DNA from: an uncultured bacterium
GTDB lineage: Bacteria; Patescibacteriota; Saccharimonadia; Saccharimonadales; 2-12-FULL-41-12
Assembly: GCA_963834265.1 (NCBI GenBank)
Contig: CAWIAU010000002.1
Location: 11,929-75,928, forward strand
Length of the DNA: 64,000 nt
Reading direction: 5' to 3'
Part shown: in pieces, positions 57,076-64,000 of the stretch
Numbering within the stretch: the first letter of the stretch is position 1
Layout: the number at the start of each line of letters is the position of its first letter
Program-made: the position numbers and the translations under genes
Notes under the pieces: model-generated
Told to the model about the DNA's origin: nothing
The model's database searches: none
What the model saw: only the letters and a program-made list of their open reading frames with translations

Positions 57076-57154
57076 TCCTTTGATAGTATTTTGTAAAATG
57101 TCTTATTAGTATATATGGTGTTCTACCGCGAAGCAATAGCGCTATATGTTGTGT

Positions 57155-57742
57155 TTACTGCTCGATTTTGACAAGTTCAATATCAAATACGAGGGGTTCG
57201 TTCGGCCCGATAGGTGGCTTGCCTGAGTCACCATAAGCAAGGGCAGCAGGGATGATCAGACGCCGTTTACCACCTTCTTTCATTCCGGGGACTCCTTGTT
57301 GCCATCCCTGTATAACATTGGCAAGTGGAAAAGTAGCAGGCTGACCGCCATCAAGTGAGCTTTCAAAAATTGTGCCGTCTTTGACGAGAGCACCCGTGTA
57401 ATGAGCGGTAACCGTAGATTCTGCCTTTGCTTCGACGCCCGTACCCGGTGTCAGGTCGATTATCTGCAATGAGTCAACCTTGTCAATCGGCGTAAAGCCT
57501 GTTAGTTTTGTACCTTTCAATGCACCCTCCTTCTTAGTTTCCGGATCCTTATTTGCTTGTTGCTGCCTGAGTTGTTCTTCCAGTTGCTTCTGCGCGTCAG
57601 CTGCTGAATTTGTCTGCGACTTCTTATCCTTGTTGGCAACCATGTCATAAATCACCAATCCGGTCAGACTAAGCGATGATACAAAAAATGCCGCGACTAT
57701 AAATAAAATAATAATTCTTTGACCGTGCTTATTCGCACTCAT
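57155..57742 (-). CDS. FKBP-type peptidyl-prolyl cis-trans isomerase, membrane-anchored
   Basis: 195 aa with an N-terminal TM. Motif HYTGALVKDGTIFESSLDGGQPATFPLANVIQGWQQGVPGMKEGGKRRLIIPAALAYG. Confidence 0.9.
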   Translation of the reverse strand: MSANKHGQRIIILFIVAAFFVSSLSLTGLVIYDMVANKDKKSQTNSAADAQKQLEEQLRQQQANKDPETKKEGALKGTKLTGFTPIDKVDSLQIIDLTPGTGVEAKAESTVTAHYTGALVKDGTIFESSLDGGQPATFPLANVIQGWQQGVPGMKEGGKRRLIIPAALAYGDSGKPPIGPNEPLVFDIELVKIEQ

Positions 57743-57812
57743 TATGTGAACCTCTCGCTTTAATTTTCTTCCTGCTTATTGTACAGCAAAAATAAGGGCT
57801 TGTCCCGCGGGA

Positions 57813-59585
57813 TTACCAGCCACCGCCACCGCCTCCGCCACCGCCTCCGCCGGAAGAACCGCCGCTACCACTAAAGCCACTTCCTCCGCTGCTGCCCGGT
57901 GCAGTAAATGCCGTGTTAACCGCAGAGCCCACACCGCTCCCCAGACTGCTTGTCAGAGAATATGCGCTAAATGTAGTCCAGTTGCCGCTATACCAGTCAG
58001 GCGGTGAAGTATACAGTTCTTCGAATTGTTTTGACCACTTTTTCTCTACGCCAAGAACCATAGCATATGGAAGTAATTTTTCGAATAGTTCAACCGTTCT
58101 GACAGGCTCACCGGCATTTGCGGCATATCTGGCATCCGGACCCTGCATCATTTCCAACCGGTCTTTTTGGGCGGTTCCCAGATACAACTTCAAGCCCTGT
58201 ATATGTTCCTTAGCAGCTACTCCTTTCAATGTTCGGGCATCGAGGGATAATAAGAAAGGTAGTGCGATAAGTCCGCCAATCAAACAACCTATAGCAGTGA
58301 TTATCTGCACTGAAGTATCCTGTGCCAGAACAAATATTACCACTATAAAAACAGCCGTAATAAACATCCACCATTTTTTACGCGTCCAGATCTTTAAAGT
58401 GAAAGGACCGCGGCGAAAGTATTCCTGATCTTTCAGCTGGTCTTTAATGTCTTTTTTTATGGAAGTTGCTGTATTATAGAGCTTATTTTTACTTTTTGAG
58501 ATATCAGCTTCAGAGCCCACGTGCAGACTATTAAATAGAGCTGTCAGTAATTTTTTTTCTTCTGCGTCAAGAGCTGCAAAGTCAGGATTTATGAGTTTGA
58601 GCTTATACTCCAGCTTATCTTTGCCGATCAGTTTATTTTTCTTTGTTTCGATTATTTCTATGTAGCCTCTGACGGCCAGATCAATAATAGTCGCCGTAAT
58701 GTCACGGTTATCAACCTTGAAATCAGTCAGTGCCCCGACTGCCATTGGCTTGAGATTATCGGGAGCCTCAAACTGAGGCACAATAATTCCTCTGCCTTTC
58801 GCGTCCCGTCCTGATCGTCGCCAAAGCAGTGCACTTCCTCCCCCCAATCCCAGGACAGGCAGTACCAGACCAACAATGTGCTTCCAATATTCTCCGAATG
58901 TATCGGCCACTGCATGTGGACGAAAGTATCCTTTTTCAAACCCGGCAACAAAAGTCAGTGTCTGATTAGATGACAGGGGCATAGTTGTTTTTGCTTCAAT
59001 AATGTTTTTTTGGTATGTTATGCTGCAATCCTTCGAGGTACTGCCATATGATCCGGTGTAGCAAAGAGGTATTCCATACTGCCTTAACCCCTCCGGTAAA
59101 CGAAGTCTTACAATCACTTCCGTAAACGGCTGCTTCCACTGGTCTCCGTTAACATCCCAATACAGTTCGTCATACCCATCATAGAACCCGATTACATTAT
59201 TGACTGTATAATTAATAGTGTACTGCTGAAAACCTGTAACGGTGCGGTCAGGGTCGCCGATTTTTATAACAATGTTGCCATTAGAATCATATGTCGTTTT
59301 CGGTGTAGGGGCACTGGTGTCGGAAGAAATACCATCAATACGCAACTGCAATGGGTGCCCTTTGTAACTGCCTGGAATAGCTCTGAGGATTCCGTGGTTC
59401 TGATCAGTAAAGGTTACACTTATTTTCTCGCTTACTTTGAGTGTTCCCTGCGGGTCAGTTCTGCTTAGTGTATAGTCAGCTTCAAACTTATCGATTGTAA
59501 AATCATTGACATCGGCACGAGCGGGCGTGACAGGGATAAACATCGCAGATAAGATTATAGCTGCAGCTAAAATGACTTTTTTCAT
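57813..59585 (-). CDS. DUF2207-type membrane protein with a C-terminal Gly/Ser tail ending in a poly-Gly run
   Basis: 590 aa. Signal peptide, large N-terminal extracytoplasmic domain, TM segments, and a C-terminal GSSGGSGFSGSGGSSG(n)W tail, the typical DUF2207 architecture. Family call by architecture only. Confidence 0.75.
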   Translation of the reverse strand: MKKVILAAAIILSAMFIPVTPARADVNDFTIDKFEADYTLSRTDPQGTLKVSEKISVTFTDQNHGILRAIPGSYKGHPLQLRIDGISSDTSAPTPKTTYDSNGNIVIKIGDPDRTVTGFQQYTINYTVNNVIGFYDGYDELYWDVNGDQWKQPFTEVIVRLRLPEGLRQYGIPLCYTGSYGSTSKDCSITYQKNIIEAKTTMPLSSNQTLTFVAGFEKGYFRPHAVADTFGEYWKHIVGLVLPVLGLGGGSALLWRRSGRDAKGRGIIVPQFEAPDNLKPMAVGALTDFKVDNRDITATIIDLAVRGYIEIIETKKNKLIGKDKLEYKLKLINPDFAALDAEEKKLLTALFNSLHVGSEADISKSKNKLYNTATSIKKDIKDQLKDQEYFRRGPFTLKIWTRKKWWMFITAVFIVVIFVLAQDTSVQIITAIGCLIGGLIALPFLLSLDARTLKGVAAKEHIQGLKLYLGTAQKDRLEMMQGPDARYAANAGEPVRTVELFEKLLPYAMVLGVEKKWSKQFEELYTSPPDWYSGNWTTFSAYSLTSSLGSGVGSAVNTAFTAPGSSGGSGFSGSGGSSGGGGGGGGGGGW

Positions 59586-62143
59586 ACACGATTCGCGCCG
59601 ACGGAAGACTGCAGGACCGCGGTGACTTTATCCAGAATGTCAGAAAGGACCGCATCAGTCAGAGTCCGGACCTTGCTTGTGAGCGTAACACGGTAAGTAA
59701 TTCGTTTTTGATCCTTCAAAACATCCGATGCGTAAATATCGATTGGTTCCCATTCCACTACTTCCTGGTCGCCAAGGTTACTGGTTAAAACAGCGTCAAA
59801 TTCGTGAGCTAGTTTTGCATAACTCATGTTTGCCGGAACCTGCAAACATATATCCTGACTTACGCCGGGGAATCTGGAAAGTGTCTGATAAATTGGCTGC
59901 AAAAAAAACTTTTGTACAGCAGATATGAATACTTCAAAACCTGCGGAATTAACAGGCAGCTTGAGTTTCCGTGATAAATCGCGCCTGAATTCACCGACGA
60001 TACCTACCGGCATATTGCCGTTCCATATCAGCGCACTACGCTCAGTATCATAAGGAGCGATCATTTGCATTAAAGCCGGAAAATCATTTAAAAGTTTCTC
60101 GTCGAACGGTATAGTCTCCATGCAGGCAATCTGCATCAGGTATGCTTTGGCCTGATAATAAGCACTGCTCTTTTTGTCAACTTTGACATCAGCCGCATAA
60201 ACAAAAGCCAGCCGTTCAAATTCACGAGGTAAGCCTTCGTCATCAACCACGGCCTTAATATGGGTTTTACCCATCTCGAACAGTCCGAACTCTGCGTATC
60301 CGGCCTTAATATTTATATGTACCTTATCAAGTAAACCGGGCGTAAGACTCATCCGGTAATATTGCAAATCCGGGCTGAGTGCATTAATAATTTTGTATGC
60401 CAGATCTCGGTCCTGCCCAACCTTATCCAGCAGATTACCATGCACAAAACTGTAATTCAGTACTTCGTTTGCGCCCAGTGCCGCCAGTTTTGAGCGAAGT
60501 TGCTGTTTGAATCTAAGCAGAGTATCCTGTCCGACCGGTACAATGTTCCTTTTTGGCAGATCCAGGGATAAATGATCATAGCCATACAACCGGCCAACTT
60601 CTTCGACAATATCCTCAGAAATTTCAATGTCCGTCCGCCAGAATGGAGGCAGGGCTGTAACGCTGAGTCCGTTGCGTTCAATTTCAAATTCAACATTCAT
60701 TAGTAATTCTGATACATTCCCCGCGTCAAGGTTTAGCCCCAGCCTGTTATTGATAAAGTCTGTTCCTGTTCTGATTTCTGAAGTTGGGGGAAGGTTTCCT
60801 TTTACGTCATAGATACTTCGGGCCGGCGTTCCGCCTGTCTCACATACAATATGATTTATAGCGCAAGCAAGCACACTTTCGTTTTGATGCGGACTCTGAC
60901 CTTTAGTAAAGCGTGTAACCGCGTCAGTGAATAATCCGTGAGTCATTGATGTACGCCGGATAGAATACATATCGAAGTTAGCGCATTCCAGGATGATATT
61001 GGTCGTATTATCATCGACTTCTGTGTCCGCACCTCCCATAACGCCGCCAACGCCTATCAATTCTTTGTCAGTGGCAATCATTATAGCTTCAGGGCGTGGT
61101 TCAAGTTCTTTGCCATTAAGAAGTTTGATTTTTTCGCCGGATTTCGGGTAGCGAATGACAATTGTCGCCTCACCACTACTGCGGGCTTTAACTTTGTCAT
61201 AATCATAAGCGTGTAATGGCTGGCCGGTAAGGTGCATCATATAATTGGTGGCATCTACAATGTTGCTTATCGGCTTCATACCGATTTTGGTCAGATAAAT
61301 CTGCAACCATAGCGGACCTGGCCCGACAGTAACATTCTGCACGACCTGCGCCACGAAACGCGGAACCAGTTCCGGTAACTCATTCCGTATAGTTAATAAA
61401 TCTTTGTCGTCACCATGTTCGCCCGTTGTCTTTCCGCTTTTGTACCAGTACGGCGATTCAAATGATTTTTGTTGTATACCGGCAATTTCCCGGGCTATGC
61501 CAAGTGTCCCGAACAGATCCGGCCGGTGCGTAAACATCTTGTTCTCAATATCAATAATATAGTCATCAAGGCCATACAGTTTGGCAAAGTTATCACCCGG
61601 ATTAATCGATTGGCTGATTTTATGATGCTTCAGAGCATCTTTATGAGCAAATTCATTTTCCGGTGTTCTTCCAATAAATTCTTCCAGCCCGATTTCTAAA
61701 ATGCCGGAGTGATCATCGCTGAGACCCAGCTCGGCGGAACTGGCAAGCATGCCATTACTCATTTGTCCGCGAATGTCACGGGCCTCCAGCACCAACGGAT
61801 CTTTATCATATGTTGCAGGCACAGTTACGCCGGGCGGAAGCCACGCAACCAATATGCCTTCAGCAACGTTTGGCGCTCCGCAAACAACCTGAACATAACC
61901 GTTTTCGTCTCTACTGACATCAGGCGTATTACCACCATCGTCAATAGTACAGGTCTGAAGCTTATCTGCATCATGGTGTTTCCGGCAGGAGATTACCCTG
62001 GCAACAACAATTCCCTGATACTTTTTACCAATATCAGTGACTCTATCAACACCCCCCAGCTGCGCGCCAATTTTCCGGACCAGCTCGTCAACAGACAAAT
62101 CAATGTTCGTATACTTCTTCAGCTCATTAACGCTAACCTTCAT
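59582..62143 (-). CDS. pheT: Phenylalanyl-tRNA synthetase beta subunit
   Basis: 853 aa with N-terminal tRNA-binding OB, B3/4, B5 and C-terminal FDX-ACB domains. 4-nt overlaps with pheS and the downstream gene. Confidence 0.95.
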   Translation of the reverse strand: MKVSVNELKKYTNIDLSVDELVRKIGAQLGGVDRVTDIGKKYQGIVVARVISCRKHHDADKLQTCTIDDGGNTPDVSRDENGYVQVVCGAPNVAEGILVAWLPPGVTVPATYDKDPLVLEARDIRGQMSNGMLASSAELGLSDDHSGILEIGLEEFIGRTPENEFAHKDALKHHKISQSINPGDNFAKLYGLDDYIIDIENKMFTHRPDLFGTLGIAREIAGIQQKSFESPYWYKSGKTTGEHGDDKDLLTIRNELPELVPRFVAQVVQNVTVGPGPLWLQIYLTKIGMKPISNIVDATNYMMHLTGQPLHAYDYDKVKARSSGEATIVIRYPKSGEKIKLLNGKELEPRPEAIMIATDKELIGVGGVMGGADTEVDDNTTNIILECANFDMYSIRRTSMTHGLFTDAVTRFTKGQSPHQNESVLACAINHIVCETGGTPARSIYDVKGNLPPTSEIRTGTDFINNRLGLNLDAGNVSELLMNVEFEIERNGLSVTALPPFWRTDIEISEDIVEEVGRLYGYDHLSLDLPKRNIVPVGQDTLLRFKQQLRSKLAALGANEVLNYSFVHGNLLDKVGQDRDLAYKIINALSPDLQYYRMSLTPGLLDKVHINIKAGYAEFGLFEMGKTHIKAVVDDEGLPREFERLAFVYAADVKVDKKSSAYYQAKAYLMQIACMETIPFDEKLLNDFPALMQMIAPYDTERSALIWNGNMPVGIVGEFRRDLSRKLKLPVNSAGFEVFISAVQKFFLQPIYQTLSRFPGVSQDICLQVPANMSYAKLAHEFDAVLTSNLGDQEVVEWEPIDIYASDVLKDQKRITYRVTLTSKVRTLTDAVLSDILDKVTAVLQSSVGANRV

Positions 62144-63147
62144 TTGAATTGCCTCAGGAAATCCAGCTTGGCACTATGAAAATGCCGGACATCTTCGATA
62201 CCGTTCTTAACCATGACCATTCGCTCTATGCCACCGCCCCATGCGAAGCCGGTATAAATTTCCGGATCAATCTCAGCCGTTTTCAGCACATTAGGATGTA
62301 TCATCCCGCAGCCAAGCAGTTCTATCCAGCCGGTTTGACTACAGATATTGCAGCCTTTTTGGTTGCAGAACACGCACTCGGCAGCAAATTCAAAGCTTGG
62401 TTCAGTGAAAGGAAAATAGAACGGTTGCGTCATAACCTTAAGCTCACGCCCAAAATATTCCTGAAAAAATGTTTTGAGCGTTGCGATCAACATACCGGCA
62501 TGAACGCCTTTATCAACATATACGCCCTCCAGCTGATAAAAGGTGTGCTCATGCCGCGCGTCAAGGTCTTCATTGCGAAATACCCGGCCAGGAATTACAT
62601 ACGCAATCGGCTGATCTTTATCTAACAACTGTTTATTGGCCGTCAAAATCCGGTTCTGCATAGTACTGGTGTGAGCGGGTGCAATCAGTCCCTCTTCGGT
62701 CATAAATGTATCATAGTCATCGCGCGCCGGGTGATCTTCAGGAAAGTTCAGGCTGGTAAACATATGCCAGTCGTCATCAATCTGCCGTGATTCAGTGGCC
62801 GCGAAGCCCATGCGTGCATAAATATCCAACACGTTCGCAAGTTCATTCATTAACGGATGCACGCTTCCCTGAGATCCCAACAATAGTTCCGGCTTGCCGG
62901 AATTGGCATCCCACGGTGCAGTTACATCAATGGGTTTAGTATTCAGTACTGAAGGTTCGTTGTCCGCGAGCAGAGTCTGAAGTTCGACCTTCAGAGCATT
63001 AACTGCTTGTCCGAAATCTTTACGTTTTTCCGGAGTCAGCACCTTTAGTTGGTCATACAAACTCTTTAACTCTAAACTTCTCAGAACAGAGTTATCACCC
63101 GATCCGGCGCGTTCCCTTAAACCATTAGCCACATTTTCATCAATCAT
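62140..63147 (-). CDS. pheS: Phenylalanyl-tRNA synthetase alpha subunit
   Basis: Motifs: HPARDDYDTF, GRVFRNEDLDARHEHTFYQLEG, FPFTEPS, GWIELLGCGMIHPNVL, C-terminal FLRQFK. The track ORF starts at TTG 63165; ATG 63147 is more likely. Confidence 0.95.
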   Translation of the reverse strand: MIDENVANGLRERAGSGDNSVLRSLELKSLYDQLKVLTPEKRKDFGQAVNALKVELQTLLADNEPSVLNTKPIDVTAPWDANSGKPELLLGSQGSVHPLMNELANVLDIYARMGFAATESRQIDDDWHMFTSLNFPEDHPARDDYDTFMTEEGLIAPAHTSTMQNRILTANKQLLDKDQPIAYVIPGRVFRNEDLDARHEHTFYQLEGVYVDKGVHAGMLIATLKTFFQEYFGRELKVMTQPFYFPFTEPSFEFAAECVFCNQKGCNICSQTGWIELLGCGMIHPNVLKTAEIDPEIYTGFAWGGGIERMVMVKNGIEDVRHFHSAKLDFLRQFK

Positions 63148-63155
63148 TGCTTTAT

Positions 63156-63161
63156 ATTGTA
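63156..63161 (-). promoter_or_regulatory. Candidate -10 box (TACAAT) 8 nt upstream of the pheS ATG
   Basis: Minus-strand sequence is ttgcTACAATataaagcaATG, in the 22-nt gap after the upstream gene. No SD. Confidence 0.3.
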
Positions 63162-63169
63162 GCAAGAAG

Positions 63170-63718
63170 TTATGCGATCTTAGCTAAAGCATTCAACATC
63201 TGTTTAGCCGCTGTCAGATAATGACCGTCATCGATCAGATTATCCTGATCATCAAAAGCACGCTTCACTCTTTGTATCCCGACTATTGGCTGAACAATCT
63301 GCCATTTGAGTGCTGTAGCTGTATGACGCAAGCTATCTATCGAGTCAGCCGCGCCATGCGAGCCATAACCCACAAACCCGACCGGCTTTCCTATCCATTC
63401 ATAATAAATATGATCAATAGCATTTTTCAGAGAAGCAGGCATAGCATGGTTGTATTCGGGTATTACAAATATAAACGCCTCGGAGCTGTCAATAACATCC
63501 GACCATTGTTGAATATTTGAATCCGGATATTTTTTATCCTTGTACTCACTAGGTTCGGTGAACTCCATCCGGAGGGGTAAATTGTAGTCTGCAAGATCTG
63601 CGATTGTAATCTCAAATCTACCGTCATTCTCTGCAACCTCCCGGAACCAGTTCGCAACTTTCTCTCCCCGTCGTCCCACGCGAACCGAACAGATTACAAC
63701 CGTAAGTTTATTCTTCAC
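63170..63718 (-). CDS. NADPH-dependent FMN reductase family protein
   Basis: 182 aa. Motifs: LTVVICSVRVGRRG, FIFVIPEYNHAMPASLKNAIDH, GFVGYGSHG. Confidence 0.85.
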   Translation of the reverse strand: MKNKLTVVICSVRVGRRGEKVANWFREVAENDGRFEITIADLADYNLPLRMEFTEPSEYKDKKYPDSNIQQWSDVIDSSEAFIFVIPEYNHAMPASLKNAIDHIYYEWIGKPVGFVGYGSHGAADSIDSLRHTATALKWQIVQPIVGIQRVKRAFDDQDNLIDDGHYLTAAKQMLNALAKIA

Positions 63719-63771
63719 CCGCTAATTGTACCAGTTTTGCTATGTGCTCTCACTCATGCAAAAATAGATAT

Positions 63772-64000
63772 ATGGGAAATTTTTCTTTTGATATTATCAG
63801 TGACTATGACAAGGCCGAGATGAATAATGTCTTTGAGCAAGCCAAAAAAGAGCTGGGTAATCGCTACGATCTCAAGGGCAGTTCAGCTGCTTTGGAATGG
63901 CTGGACGGAGATAAATCAGGGCTCAAAATCACCGGCGACAATGATTACCATATAGATGCAATCCTGGATATTATCCGTAAAAAACTTGCCAGTCGGGGTC
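63772..64000 (+). CDS. yajQ: YajQ-family (UPF0234) nucleotide-binding protein, N-terminal 76 codons (runs off the right edge)
   Basis: Not in the track. ATG at 63772 reads MGNFSFDIISDYDKAEMNNVFEQAKKELGNRYDLKGSSAALEWLDGDKSGLKITGDNDYHIDAILDIIRKKLASRG, which matches the YajQ N-terminal pattern (SFDIVS...RYDFKG). Confidence 0.85.
   Translation, partial: MGNFSFDIISDYDKAEMNNVFEQAKKELGNRYDLKGSSAALEWLDGDKSGLKITGDNDYHIDAILDIIRKKLASRG

Noticed and set aside
57812-57905. Apparent 1-nt frame discrepancy when I hand-translated the 3' end of 57813..59585: I read ggtggcag near 57897-57904, which would shift the frame to an earlier stop
   Set aside because: The supplied ORF track gives a continuous 590-aa product with the expected Gly-rich tail. 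My manual reading or counting of this repetitive G/C stretch is the likelier error. If reads are available, check for a true frameshift or slippage here.
1-64000. Looked for CRISPR arrays, IS or transposase genes, integrases, reverse transcriptase/DGR, restriction-modification, toxin-antitoxin pairs, prophage genes, rRNA, RNase P, SRP or tmRNA genes, and signs of an alternative genetic code
   Set aside because: No spaced direct-repeat arrays, no ORF with the corresponding catalytic motifs, and no conserved ncRNA core sequences were seen by eye. Long housekeeping ORFs are uninterrupted under the standard code. Absence of ncRNAs is not proven without covariance-model scans.

Overview
Gene-dense (roughly 90% coding) core-chromosome segment of a small-genome bacterium. 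It reads cleanly in the standard code; long ORFs are intact, so there is no sign of UGA recoding. About four fifths of the genes are on the minus strand. The content is housekeeping: translation (hisS 5' part, tyrS, gatCAB, pheST, rplS, tRNA-Leu), DNA replication and repair (dnaE, recG, radA, uvrB, rnhB) and cell envelope (class A PBP, FemAB-type transferase, galU). Also present are proteostasis genes (clpC, FKBP), a sugar-phosphate supercluster (gap, rpiB, rpe-like, split transketolase, fba, pfkB-family kinase) and a redox/copper cluster (trxB, glutaredoxin-like, MarR, two cupredoxins). There is also an orphan type IV pilus ATPase and two dispersed pilin-like genes. The gene repertoire and roughly mid-40s %GC (eyeballed) suggest a Patescibacteria/CPR, Saccharibacteria-like organism. 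That is inference, not a search result. I found no CRISPR array, transposase, integrase, reverse transcriptase or recognisable defence or toxin system. I could not identify one clear-cut novel system. The most unusual items are: (1) a tRNA-Leu followed by a 3'-half pseudo-copy whose T-loop is split by an 86-nt structured insert; (2) a stand-alone AICAR-transformylase-domain protein paired divergently with an unknown gene; (3) a TyrRS whose HIGH motif reads TIGN; (4) a CIRCE-like operator in front of clpC; (5) a recurring -10 box 6-8 nt upstream of start codons, suggesting leaderless mRNAs; (6) an uncharacterised four-gene cluster (39.8-43.1 kb) containing a SLOG/TIGR00725 protein; (7) a canonical plus degenerate cupredoxin pair. 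Coordinates of small motifs were hand-counted and may be off by 1 nt.
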